Shown in pieces: positions 35,613 to 44,844 of a stretch of DNA of 64,000 bases (positions are counted from its first letter, which is position 1; each line of letters opens with the position of its first letter). The notes beneath the pieces are model-generated. The model was not told the origin of the DNA, searched no databases, and was given only the letters and a program-made list of their open reading frames with translations. The translations under genes and the position numbers were made by a program. The DNA lies in the IMG/VR virus record IMGVR_UViG_3300032323_001214, positions 124,001 to 188,000 of that record. One strand, given 5' to 3'.

Positions 35613-36443
35613 ATGTCACATTGGAATAATAATCAAATAGCAATTAGTGGATCTGGCGTTGCGTTACAATCGCCTGGTCGTCATCTCAATACAATTTCAC
35701 TATCTAACATTGCAGGCGCACAGGGTTCAAGTCATAGTCTTAACTTTGATGAACTTGTGAATGGTATGAATAGATCCGATATTAAAAAATATGAAGTTTA
35801 TGAAATAAGCAAAGACCTACTTGCATTAAGTGTATGTTGGTCACGCCTACGTAAAGAACGTGATCAAGCTTATAATTTACTCTCGCCTACAATTACTAAA
35901 CTGTTAGACAGTGAATTATTCCGACTAACAACTCACGAAGATATTGAAAAAGCTAATATTATCCGTGATTATTATAGTAAGAAGATTATGGTATGGAAAC
36001 TTAAAAATATTAATCTATCTACATTTAGGCAAGATTTAAGTTCATTTATTCACAGTAATGGTCAAACTTTTAAAGAGTCTATGCTACCATTAGCATATCG
36101 TTTACCTGAGTTTTATGAATATGATGTTGAATTTGAAAAAATGACATTTGATTATAATAAAGAAATTAAATCTCATGACCCATATGCCGCCAGTGAAACA
36201 AAGCAGTTAACATTTGTAAAAAAATTATCAGTTAATAAAAGACATTCTAAAACTAAAGAATACTGGTTTAGTGACACACATAATAATCTGGTAAATCTTA
36301 ATTTAGATTCTAATAATCCGTTATTATCTCTATTGGATAATGTAGTTACTAAGGGTAATTTAGTTATTAATGCAAGATACAAGAAAAGTTGTCGGGACGG
36401 TAATGAACATTTGACATTAACTAATAAGTTTACAATTGTGTAA
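35613..36443 (+). CDS. Hypothetical protein
   Basis: AGGA Shine-Dalgarno; 276 aa. Confidence 0.8.
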   Translation: MSHWNNNQIAISGSGVALQSPGRHLNTISLSNIAGAQGSSHSLNFDELVNGMNRSDIKKYEVYEISKDLLALSVCWSRLRKERDQAYNLLSPTITKLLDSELFRLTTHEDIEKANIIRDYYSKKIMVWKLKNINLSTFRQDLSSFIHSNGQTFKESMLPLAYRLPEFYEYDVEFEKMTFDYNKEIKSHDPYAASETKQLTFVKKLSVNKRHSKTKEYWFSDTHNNLVNLNLDSNNPLLSLLDNVVTKGNLVINARYKKSCRDGNEHLTLTNKFTIV

Positions 36444-36455
36444 CAATACCAAAAT

Positions 36456-36484
36456 TTGACAATAAATGGTCTTTGTGTTACAAT
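36456..36484 (+). promoter_or_regulatory. Early promoter of the TTGACAATAAAT family
   Basis: TTGACA-ataaatggtctttgtgt-TACAAT. Confidence 0.88.
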
Positions 36485-36517
36485 ACTTGTATTGACACTG
36501 AGAACTAGGAGTTGTTT

Positions 36518-36730
36518 ATGGGTTACAAAGTTGTTGCTGATAAGTATCAAATGGATGATATGCGTGACAAGTACGGTCCACGCAAAGGCTTAGAAGGTCC
36601 GTTCAACTTCAGCGGTCGAGTGTTGTATTATGACAACAAAGAGGGTCAGTACTACGACCCTCGTTCCGATTTCTATGTAGAGCAGTCGGAAATGAACGAA
36701 ATCCATGCTAATTTGATAGCCAAAATTTGA
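36518..36730 (+). CDS. Small early hypothetical protein
   Basis: AGGAG Shine-Dalgarno; YGPRKGLEGPF...VLYYD.KEGQYYDP. Confidence 0.8.
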   Translation: MGYKVVADKYQMDDMRDKYGPRKGLEGPFNFSGRVLYYDNKEGQYYDPRSDFYVEQSEMNEIHANLIAKI

Positions 36731-36755
36731 CAATAAATGGGCATTGTGTTATACT
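36727..36755 (+). promoter_or_regulatory. Early promoter of the TTGACAATAAAT family
   Basis: TTGACA-ataaatgggcattgtgt-TATACT. Confidence 0.88.
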
Positions 36756-36785
36756 ATGTCTATAGATTGATTAAAGGAGTTCGAA

Positions 36786-37022
36786 ATGAAAGTTCTGTAC
36801 ACTAGCCCAGTTTTCAAAAATGCCGATGGTTCTGGTCGTCAATTTATGATTCCCCTGAACGCAATCAAAACATATGCAAAACGTGACGCCGCACTGTTGG
36901 CAATGATGGAAATGGGTGGCATCTACGCTAAACTGACTCCTGAGTTCGTAGCACAGCGTAAGGCTATGATGTCCGCAAAGCGTAAGATTGAACGTGAAGG
37001 TTGGTTCTGCACAGTGGTTTAA
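36786..37022 (+). CDS. Small early hypothetical protein
   Basis: AAGGAG Shine-Dalgarno; 78 aa. Confidence 0.8.
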   Translation: MKVLYTSPVFKNADGSGRQFMIPLNAIKTYAKRDAALLAMMEMGGIYAKLTPEFVAQRKAMMSAKRKIEREGWFCTVV

Positions 37023-37024
37023 AT

Positions 37025-37053
37025 TTGACAATAAATGGGTATTGTGCTATAAT
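37025..37053 (+). promoter_or_regulatory. Early promoter of the TTGACAATAAAT family
   Basis: TTGACA-ataaatgggtattgtgc-TATAAT. Confidence 0.9.
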
Positions 37054-37085
37054 AGAGTCTTATTCAGTTAACTAAAGGAAACAAA

Positions 37086-38093
37086 ATGTCAAGCATCGTT
37101 CGCATCACTTCTGGTTCTTATCGCAACGAATCTATCAAAGGTGAAGTGTTCACCTTGGTAAAAGGTTATCAACTTGGAAGTAAAGGTGGTTTTGTGACAG
37201 TAAAAAATGAAGGTCAGTTCCCCGGTCGTCCCGATCAAGTTCGTGTGAATGTTGACAATCAATCAATGATTGAATTTGTGTCAGGTCGTGATGCTGTGAA
37301 AGTTGAGACACCTAAAGAATCTGACGAAGAAGCAATGGACCGTATTGCTTCACGTTTTGCTGTTCTTGACGAAATGTCTGGTGCATGTATCGCTGGTAAC
37401 ATTCGTGCTATGATTGTGACAGGTCCTGCAGGTATTGGCAAGTCACACGGTGTGACATTGCAAATGGAAAAGGCATCTATGTTTGATAAAATCTCAGGCA
37501 AGCGCCCTCGCTTTGAGATTGTCAAAGGTGCTATCAGTGGTATCGGTCTGTTCGCTACACTGTACAAGTACTCCGATGCTAAAAACGTTTTGGTGTTTGA
37601 TGATTGTGATGTGTGGGAAGATCAGGATGCATTGAACGTACTGAAAGGTGCGTTGGATTCAGGTAAGACTCGCCGTATCTCTTGGAACAAGGATAGTCGT
37701 CTGTTGCGTGAAGAAGGTGTGCCAAACACTTTCAACTTCAATGGATCCATCATCTTTATCACTAACAAGACTTTTGACAGCAAAAAGGCTAGCAAAATTC
37801 AACCTCACTTGGATGCTCTCCAGTCTCGTTGTCACTTTCTGGACTTGACTGTGGACAGTGAGCGTGACAAGATGCTCCGCATCAAGCAAGTTCACCGCGA
37901 TGCCGATGGTGGTTTGTTCGCTGACTATGATTTTACTCAGGAACAAACTGACGAAATTATGTCGTTTATTGACACCAATCACGGCAAATTGCGTGAAGTG
38001 TCCTTGCGTATGTGTCTCAAGATTGCAGACTTGGTTAAGATTAGTGCTAACTGGCGCGAACTGGCTAAGGCAACTTGCATGAAGGCTATTTGA
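37086..38093 (+). CDS. AAA+-type P-loop ATPase with a small beta-rich N-terminal domain
   Basis: GPAGIGKS, VLVFDDCD, IIFITN, ALQSR. Confidence 0.85.
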   Translation: MSSIVRITSGSYRNESIKGEVFTLVKGYQLGSKGGFVTVKNEGQFPGRPDQVRVNVDNQSMIEFVSGRDAVKVETPKESDEEAMDRIASRFAVLDEMSGACIAGNIRAMIVTGPAGIGKSHGVTLQMEKASMFDKISGKRPRFEIVKGAISGIGLFATLYKYSDAKNVLVFDDCDVWEDQDALNVLKGALDSGKTRRISWNKDSRLLREEGVPNTFNFNGSIIFITNKTFDSKKASKIQPHLDALQSRCHFLDLTVDSERDKMLRIKQVHRDADGGLFADYDFTQEQTDEIMSFIDTNHGKLREVSLRMCLKIADLVKISANWRELAKATCMKAI

Positions 38094-38121
38094 TATATTC
38101 GGTAACTGGTGGTAGCATTTT

Positions 38122-38145
38122 AGGGGACTTAGGTCCCCTTTTTTT
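38122..38145 (+). terminator. Intrinsic terminator
   Basis: AGGGGAC-ttag-GTCCCCT plus T-run. Confidence 0.85.
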
Positions 38146-38155
38146 GCCTATAGAT

Positions 38156-38184
38156 TTGTCATTCAATATACAATATGCTATAAT
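38156..38184 (+). promoter_or_regulatory. sigma70 promoter, leaderless start
   Basis: TTGTCA-N17-TATAAT; ATG at 38190. Confidence 0.7.
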
Positions 38185-38189
38185 ATTGA

Positions 38190-39200
38190 ATGGATTTTAA
38201 AACATTAAATGATGTAGCTGGGTGGATGCTTACTAACATACGGTTAAGTAGGTATGATGAACAGTTTGTCAATAATTTAACTTTTTACTCGCTTCAACAT
38301 AATAGAATTACTAGTAATCAGGATTTATTGTTTAAAAAAGTTACCAGTAAATACAAAAAACAATTTACATACAATAAGATTGTAGTAGAAGATTTACTAA
38401 AGTTACCCTGGAATGTAAAAGTAGTAGCCAGTATTCCTGAATATACCGGTGCCTCTATTACAGTAGAAGATGATAGAATCATTTTTCGGTCACCTTATAA
38501 CAAAAACTTTTTAACTGCGCTTAGGAAAAACCCTTTGTACTCACTAGAATGGCATAAGGATAAGAGGCAATATGAAGCAAAGTATAGCCCAACTACATTA
38601 AAACAATTAATATATCTGTCAGCGGATTATTATGAAACTTTGAATTATTGTGACAAAGTTACACACATCATCAATAGTTTGGGAGAGTATGAAACAATTA
38701 AGTATTGGGTTCCAACATTGATATATAAAGATAATAGATATTATATTGCCGCTATCAACGAACACCTTTATAACGCAATCAAACATGTTGAAATAAAAAG
38801 TGAATTAAAAACTGTAGCCACTCTAGTCAAGTACGGAGTCAACATCGATGAATCGGTAATATCACACTTTTTAAAAACTGAACCTCCCGAAAAGGTTCGT
38901 TTTGCATCAAGCTTTGAAGCACAAGTTGAAATTAAAGATGCAAATACAGTTATGAATTGGTTACATGAGTTTGGGTGTGATGCAATCAGTGAACCTAAAT
39001 CATTTTTGACTAAGAATACAATTCAGGTTGATGCAACTGATATAACTATATGTAAGAATATCAAAGATTTGATAGACTATGATAATCCTGTTATAGCTTA
39101 TCAGAAGGGTACTTTTTCATTAGCAAGTGAAAAGCCCTTGAAGTTGTTTAAGATAATCAAATTCATAAACTCAGAGCCAGTAGATTTAGGACCCAAATGA
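38190..39200 (+). CDS. Hypothetical protein upstream of uvsW
   Basis: 336-aa ORF, ATGA-coupled to the helicase gene. Confidence 0.8.
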   Translation: MDFKTLNDVAGWMLTNIRLSRYDEQFVNNLTFYSLQHNRITSNQDLLFKKVTSKYKKQFTYNKIVVEDLLKLPWNVKVVASIPEYTGASITVEDDRIIFRSPYNKNFLTALRKNPLYSLEWHKDKRQYEAKYSPTTLKQLIYLSADYYETLNYCDKVTHIINSLGEYETIKYWVPTLIYKDNRYYIAAINEHLYNAIKHVEIKSELKTVATLVKYGVNIDESVISHFLKTEPPEKVRFASSFEAQVEIKDANTVMNWLHEFGCDAISEPKSFLTKNTIQVDATDITICKNIKDLIDYDNPVIAYQKGTFSLASEKPLKLFKIIKFINSEPVDLGPK

Positions 39201-40675
39201 AACAATGTAAATTACTAATTAAAGATGAAGTAAACGCTAAGATTGAAGGATTGGAATTAGGTGATCGCAAAACACTAATGAAGATGTTTGAATTTGAGGT
39301 GCCAGGAGCGAGGTATTTGCCGAGTGTCCGGTTAGGTAGATGGAATGGCAAGACAAGTTATTTCAGCTTGGGAGGTAGTACATACATTAATTTGTTACCA
39401 GAGATATTACCTCTATTAGATCAAGCCGGATATGATATTGAGTTAACTGATACTAGGGATTATAGAACTACTTTTGAGTTTGCAAAGGTAACAGAAGATA
39501 CATTCAAACATAAAGTATGGCCTGCAAAACATCCAATGGCAGGACAGCCCATTGTACTGCGTGATTATCAAATTGAAATCATCAACAACTATCTAACAAG
39601 CCTACAGAGTCTGCAAGAAATTGCTACGGGTGCAGGTAAGACATTAATAACTGCGGCATTGAGTTCAAGCATTGAACCATATGGTCGTTCAATAGTTATT
39701 GTCCCTAACACTAGTCTTGTTACACAAACAGAAGCAGACTATATCAATTTGGGTCTTGATGTGGGTGTGTATTATGGTGGTAGAAAAGAATACGACAGGA
39801 CACATACTATCTGCACTTGGCAAAGTCTTGGTAACATGTTAAAGAAAACAAAAGCCGATGAAGCAGAAGTTCCCTTCCAAGACTTTATCGAGGGTGTGGT
39901 CTGTGTTATTGTAGATGAGGTTCATCAAGCTAAAGCCGATGTATTGAAGTCACTGCTTACCGGTGTCATGAGTCAGATACCAATTCGTTGGGGACTAACA
40001 GGAACTATTCCTAAAGCTAAAGCCGAATCAATGTCATTGACAGTTAGCTTAGGTCCGGTTATAGGCAGTTTATCAGCAAGTACACTACAAGAGATGGGTG
40101 TGTTAAGTAATTGCCATGTCAATATTGTTCAACTTCAAGACAGTGTAGAGTTTACTAACTATCAAAGTGAACTTAAATTCCTAACCAGTGACGACAAAAG
40201 AATGCAAAAGATTGCTGAGTTGGCTAATACAGTCAAAGATACAGGTAATACATTGATTCTTGTTGACAGGATTGAAGCCGGTCAACTACTTCACTTGAAA
40301 CTAGAAGAACTGGGCGTACCCGAAGAGAATGTTGTGTTCGTATCCGGTGGTACTAAAGGTACAACAAGAACCGAACACTATGATGATATTGCTACTGCCA
40401 CTAATAAGATTATCATTGCTACATATGGTGTTGCGGCAGTTGGTATTAACATTCCTCGCATCTTTAATGTAATGTTGCTTGAACCGGGCAAGAGTTTTGT
40501 TCGGGTAATTCAGAGTATTGGGCGAGGCATCCGTAAAGCAGAAGACAAAGATTTTGTGCAGATTTGGGACATAACAAGTTCATGTAAGTTTGCCAAACGA
40601 CACTTGACACAACGGAAAGCATTTTACAAAGATGCGTCATACCCGTTCTCAATTGAAAAACTCAAATATAAATGA
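39197..40675 (+). CDS. uvsW: UvsW-like superfamily 2 helicase
   Basis: LRDYQ, ATGAGKT, IVDEVH, GLTGT, ATYG..AVGINIPR, QSIGRGIR. Confidence 0.93.
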   Translation: MKQCKLLIKDEVNAKIEGLELGDRKTLMKMFEFEVPGARYLPSVRLGRWNGKTSYFSLGGSTYINLLPEILPLLDQAGYDIELTDTRDYRTTFEFAKVTEDTFKHKVWPAKHPMAGQPIVLRDYQIEIINNYLTSLQSLQEIATGAGKTLITAALSSSIEPYGRSIVIVPNTSLVTQTEADYINLGLDVGVYYGGRKEYDRTHTICTWQSLGNMLKKTKADEAEVPFQDFIEGVVCVIVDEVHQAKADVLKSLLTGVMSQIPIRWGLTGTIPKAKAESMSLTVSLGPVIGSLSASTLQEMGVLSNCHVNIVQLQDSVEFTNYQSELKFLTSDDKRMQKIAELANTVKDTGNTLILVDRIEAGQLLHLKLEELGVPEENVVFVSGGTKGTTRTEHYDDIATATNKIIIATYGVAAVGINIPRIFNVMLLEPGKSFVRVIQSIGRGIRKAEDKDFVQIWDITSSCKFAKRHLTQRKAFYKDASYPFSIEKLKYK

Positions 40676-40686
40676 TATAATACATT

Positions 40687-41187
40687 ATGCGTATATTAAC
40701 TTTAGAAAATTCCTACTACAACTTAGAAACATTACCGGATGAAATCGATGATCTTAGATTTGCCATACTAGATAATTCAAATCCCGGCAATGTAGATTAT
40801 CATTATATTCCGTTGATTTTTTTAGAATCATTCAACAGTCCTGCACTGGTACTACGAATAGGTAATCAAACTATCAAGATGCCAGTTGATTGGCAAATAC
40901 TAATAGGAGAACAAGAACACGGTGACTTAGAGACACTGCCATTGACTAGTATCAATGACAGAGGATTTAATGCATTCGAATTTAATCCTCTTAGTGCGTT
41001 CAGTCCTAGCTTTTTACCCATAGAGATCGTGGATATATATCATGATGTAACTTGGTATGCTCCTAGATTGAAGAACGGACAATTCTTGTGTGTTCCTATC
41101 GAAGATGGTCCTAAGCCTAGATGTGTATATTTTGTAAAAGAGATTAGTCGTAACTGTGAAATAGTAGACTATTCAATGGCTTTCTGA
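40687..41187 (+). CDS. Hypothetical protein with a possible degenerate Hint (intein-like) fold
   Basis: Strand pattern aligns by eye with intein blocks; catalytic residues are absent. Own TTGAAA-N17-TATAAT promoter at 40653-40681. Confidence 0.45.
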   Translation: MRILTLENSYYNLETLPDEIDDLRFAILDNSNPGNVDYHYIPLIFLESFNSPALVLRIGNQTIKMPVDWQILIGEQEHGDLETLPLTSINDRGFNAFEFNPLSAFSPSFLPIEIVDIYHDVTWYAPRLKNGQFLCVPIEDGPKPRCVYFVKEISRNCEIVDYSMAF

Positions 41188-41189
41188 CA

Positions 41190-41268
41190 TATAAATATTA
41201 GTGTAGTTCGCGGGCGTAGGAACCCCAACTACTCTAATGCTATATAGGAGCACCAGCATGACTATTTA
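41190..41268 (+). promoter_or_regulatory. TATAAATA late promoter with a structured leader over the endonuclease start
   Basis: TTAG.GTAGTT/AACTAC.CTAA stem, TGCT/AGCA stem over GGAG, and TAAATA/TATTTA closing pair. Confidence 0.6.
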
Positions 41269-41995
41269 CTATTTGTGTGTAAAAACACATTCTATTACCG
41301 GCTTGAAATATCTTTGTCAAACTACAAAATCCGACCCATATAAATATCTGGGATCAGGAAAATATTGGAGGTTACACCTTAAAAAACATGGATATGAGCA
41401 TTTAACTGAAGTGATTAAAGAATGTAATACCAAAGAAGAAGTCAAAGAGTGGGGAGTTCATTTTAGTAAGCTTTGGAATGTAATAGAAAGTGATGAATGG
41501 GCAAACTTAATGGAAGAGAACGGCGGAGGTGGCAAAACAACACCTGTGCCGTGGAACAAAGGAAAGAAGTCCTCACATAAAACAATACAAAAACAAAAAG
41601 ATGCTGTTACTAAAAGAACAACCGAAACTAAACAAAAAATGATTGAATCTGGTAAACGATCCTACGAAAAAACCTTTAAGCTCTTAACAAAAGAACAACG
41701 ACAAGAAAAGTATAAAAATAGTCTAGGTAAACTTACTACAGAACAACGTAGAGAAATAGGAAAAAAATCAGAAAACAAGGGCGGAGAAGTATGGAGTAAA
41801 GCATCAGCTGGCAAGGTTACGGTTACTGATAAGTTAGGAAATAGTAAACGGATACCGCAAGACTTGTTTAATCAAATGAAAAATGATATGATTATTAATA
41901 ATGTTCCGATGCTAGACTGGGAATTTGTTCAAGTTAGTTCATTGGAGTCAAAGCGTAGAAGAAATAATGGCAACGAAAAAGAATACCCCAACTGA
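41258..41995 (+). CDS. Seg-like (GIY-YIG variant) homing endonuclease
   Basis: YYLCVKTHSITGLKYLCQT...YKYLGSG.YW..HLKKHG, WANL.EE.G.GG, PWNKG. Confidence 0.82.
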   Translation: MTIYYLCVKTHSITGLKYLCQTTKSDPYKYLGSGKYWRLHLKKHGYEHLTEVIKECNTKEEVKEWGVHFSKLWNVIESDEWANLMEENGGGGKTTPVPWNKGKKSSHKTIQKQKDAVTKRTTETKQKMIESGKRSYEKTFKLLTKEQRQEKYKNSLGKLTTEQRREIGKKSENKGGEVWSKASAGKVTVTDKLGNSKRIPQDLFNQMKNDMIINNVPMLDWEFVQVSSLESKRRRNNGNEKEYPN

Positions 41996-42557
41996 TGAGA
42001 AGTTTGAAGGGCAAGACTTCAATTTGTTTGAAGCACTTGCAGCCATGGATCGAAAAGATTATGGGTACTATGATAGACTAACAGAAGAACAACAGAAAAA
42101 GTTTGTACCGTATATGATGACTCATTGGATGAGTGCTATTAAGGGCGCAGGTGATCTGCAAGGATACTATATACGTAGCACAGACCTTCATGCAAATAAA
42201 CATTTGTTCAATGAAAATATTCAGAAACATCCTAAACTACAATGGTATATGTTATGCACAATAAGCCCGGGATTAGGAAAACAAGATCATAAATGGGTAC
42301 CTCAACTGGGTGTAAGTATTCGCACTCTAAGAGAACCTGCTAAACTAAAAGACGTTAAGGAATATTTTACTAAAATTTATCCTAAAGCAAATATAGACGA
42401 TATTGCAGAATTTGCAAATTCATTTGTAGCAGACCATAAAAAAAAATGTTATCTAGCTACAACATATCCTAATCTAAAACAAAGCGACATTGAAGTTTTA
42501 TCACAACTGATAACAAATGAAGATATTAAACAGTATGAAAAAGAAAGAGGAAATTGA
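41967..42557 (+). CDS. Possible gp62-like clamp-loader small subunit
   Basis: FVPYMMTHWMS...NKH...HPKLQWYML...KW pattern loosely resembles gp62. Confidence 0.4.
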   Translation: MATKKNTPTDEKFEGQDFNLFEALAAMDRKDYGYYDRLTEEQQKKFVPYMMTHWMSAIKGAGDLQGYYIRSTDLHANKHLFNENIQKHPKLQWYMLCTISPGLGKQDHKWVPQLGVSIRTLREPAKLKDVKEYFTKIYPKANIDDIAEFANSFVADHKKKCYLATTYPNLKQSDIEVLSQLITNEDIKQYEKERGN

Positions 42558-43239
42558 TAAAGCAGAAGTATTCGGGTGTGAATTCTGCAACAGAGAATTC
42601 CTACGAAAATCTACTGTAATTAAACATCTATGCGAAAATAAACAACGCTGGTTAAACAAAGACCTTCAAGGTAATCGTTTGGGTTTTCAATCTTGGTTGC
42701 AATTTTATAAAAAGAATACTGCAAGTAAGAAAAACAAAACTTACGAAGAATTTATTCGTAGTGCATATTATAGTGCTTTTGTAAAGTTTGGTAATTACTG
42801 TGTAGACGTTAATGTTATCAATGTCAGTAGATATGCAGATTGGTTACTAAAGAATCAAATTAGTATTGACACATGGACAAAAGATACAAATTATACAAAA
42901 TTTCTAATTGAGTATATACGCAGCGAAGATCCACTGGATGCAATCGCTAGAAGTATTCAAACAACGATTGACCTTGCTCAAATTGAACAGATACAAAGTA
43001 AAGATTATTTGCGTTATGGTAATGTAAATAAAATATGCTATGAGATTACTAAGGGAAAAATTAATCCATGGATTTTATATCAGTCTGAAAGTGGTTTGAA
43101 ATTTTTAGATAGTTTAAATGAATCTCATGTTGCTATGATAATCGACTATATTAATCCAGAATTGTGGAAGATCAAGTTCAATCGTGAACCCGAGAATGTT
43201 AAACAAGTCAAGGAGTTGTTGAATGCCGGCGGGTACTAG
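42535..43239 (+). CDS. Zn-finger-containing hypothetical protein
   Basis: CEFC..F.....HLC near the N-terminus. Confidence 0.7.
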   Translation: MKKKEEIDKAEVFGCEFCNREFLRKSTVIKHLCENKQRWLNKDLQGNRLGFQSWLQFYKKNTASKKNKTYEEFIRSAYYSAFVKFGNYCVDVNVINVSRYADWLLKNQISIDTWTKDTNYTKFLIEYIRSEDPLDAIARSIQTTIDLAQIEQIQSKDYLRYGNVNKICYEITKGKINPWILYQSESGLKFLDSLNESHVAMIIDYINPELWKIKFNREPENVKQVKELLNAGGY

Positions 43240-43408
43240 AGTTCGTATTCCTTGGCTAAGAAATGACTGGAATGTAGCCTGCGCCTGGGCAATAGAACAG
43301 TATGGATTGCCTGATGCGAGATTTACCACACAACCAAGTGATGAAGGAATGGATTTCTATTTTGCAGATGAACGTGACGCTATTTTATTTGAGTTGACTT
43401 GGGGATGA
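43223..43408 (+). CDS. Small FxL(K/R)W-family protein
   Basis: Ends FYFADERDAILFELTWG. Confidence 0.75.
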   Translation: MPAGTRVRIPWLRNDWNVACAWAIEQYGLPDARFTTQPSDEGMDFYFADERDAILFELTWG

Positions 43409-43620
43409 AACAAGTAACTCTATACATTGATGTTAATAAAACACTACAAATAGTCAGTGAATTAAAACAAATGGGTTGGGTTACTGGTATAGATTTTGAT
43501 TTTGCCTATAATAAAGCAGTTTGGGATGGTTTTAGTTCAGGTCTCAACCAAGAGCAACATTGTGTGTTCACTTTTTATAATGATAGTAATGCTAGTTATT
43601 TTATGTTGAGGTGGGGATGA
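43405..43620 (+). CDS. Small FxL(K/R)W-family protein
   Basis: Ends FTFYNDSNASYFMLRWG. Confidence 0.75.
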   Translation: MKQVTLYIDVNKTLQIVSELKQMGWVTGIDFDFAYNKAVWDGFSSGLNQEQHCVFTFYNDSNASYFMLRWG

Positions 43621-43865
43621 AACATCATCTAGAATATTATGATTGGACTAGGGGTTGGGAAGATGACCACCCTTACTGGTATATTCATGATGTAGTTGCC
43701 CAAAATCAAACTGAACTAGATTTATTACATAAAGAAGTAGTACATTGGCTATATAAAAATACAGATAACCCAGAGAGACATTGCCGTTGGACTAGACAAG
43801 TATTGACTATTAGTGTAAAATTCAGACATGAGCGGGATTACTTGTGGTTTAAATTGAGATTTTGA
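43617..43865 (+). CDS. Small FxL(K/R)W-family protein
   Basis: Ends VKFRHERDYLWFKLRF. Confidence 0.75.
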   Translation: MKHHLEYYDWTRGWEDDHPYWYIHDVVAQNQTELDLLHKEVVHWLYKNTDNPERHCRWTRQVLTISVKFRHERDYLWFKLRF

Positions 43866-44113
43866 TGACATTAGAAAATGAAATATTAGACAAATTGGCG
43901 GATGATATGGCAAAAGAAATGGACTATGATATGCTTTCTGAATTGTTAAACTGGACAAAAGTTGAACTGCCGCCGTTTACTGATAGATATAGTGCTATTG
44001 ATATTGCTGAATGGTGCAATGATAACTGTACAGGTAAGTTTATGAGTTTTGGCGTTAAGTTTGCGTTTGAAAAAAGTAAAGATGCTGAGTGGTTCATCCT
44101 GAGATGGAAATGA
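43865..44113 (+). CDS. Small FxL(K/R)W-family protein
   Basis: Ends FAFEKSKDAEWFILRWK. Confidence 0.75.
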   Translation: MTLENEILDKLADDMAKEMDYDMLSELLNWTKVELPPFTDRYSAIDIAEWCNDNCTGKFMSFGVKFAFEKSKDAEWFILRWK

Positions 44114-44439
44114 AAAATCAATGGAACCGAAGCATTGTATGGAATATTGACAACGATATTGTATTAGGTAAAGACGGAAGTTATTATTTACGCTGGGGCG
44201 ACAAGGAGAAGAAATTGGATTACACTATTGTTACAGACGGAGCAGATTGCTATCCATGGACAGAAACATTTGTTATCTGGCCAAGAAGAAGTATCAGTGG
44301 TGCACCTCTATTCTTTACTAAAGCATACAAGCGTAAAGTTTGGGTAATATGGGGTAGAGGCTTTCATATGGAGCCTGAAACTCAATATGCAACATTATTT
44401 GATTTATTAACACATGGCGATCAAAATACCTTTACTTAA
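44110..44439 (+). CDS. Hypothetical protein with an internal YYLRWG motif
   Basis: ATGA-coupled; the family motif sits at about residue 30. Confidence 0.65.
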   Translation: MKNQWNRSIVWNIDNDIVLGKDGSYYLRWGDKEKKLDYTIVTDGADCYPWTETFVIWPRRSISGAPLFFTKAYKRKVWVIWGRGFHMEPETQYATLFDLLTHGDQNTFT

Positions 44440-44635
44440 TAATTTGACAGGAGAGCAAGAACAGTGGCTTGCTAAGAATGTGGGTCCACGTATGCACTAT
44501 CTTCATAATAGTATTGGCGGACAAGGATGGATTGCCAAACATGAATGGGATCCGGGTTTGGTAAACAAACGATGGTATCTCACTTTAGAAGATGAAAAAT
44601 TAGCTACATTCTTTACAATTAAGTTTTCATCATGA
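44414..44635 (+). CDS. Small FxL(K/R)W-family protein
   Basis: Ends LTLEDEKLATFFTIKFSS. Confidence 0.75.
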   Translation: MAIKIPLLNNLTGEQEQWLAKNVGPRMHYLHNSIGGQGWIAKHEWDPGLVNKRWYLTLEDEKLATFFTIKFSS

Positions 44636-44844
44636 TTCAAATTAAGTTATCAACCATGAAGCCTGATACGATACTAAACATAGTAAAGGAATTACGTTCC
44701 AAAGGGTACGTTCAGGGTATGGATTTTGATTTCGCTTATTATCAAAGCAATTGGGACGATTATATTGGAGAAATCCCTAGCGAAACTATCTTTACTTTTT
44801 ACAAAGACGAACTAGCTACATGGTTTGAACTACTATACAAATGA
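44632..44844 (+). CDS. Small FxL(K/R)W-family protein, close paralogue of 43405
   Basis: IVKELRSKGYVQGMDFDFAY versus IVSELKQMGWVTGIDFDFAY. Confidence 0.75.
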   Translation: MIQIKLSTMKPDTILNIVKELRSKGYVQGMDFDFAYYQSNWDDYIGEIPSETIFTFYKDELATWFELLYK

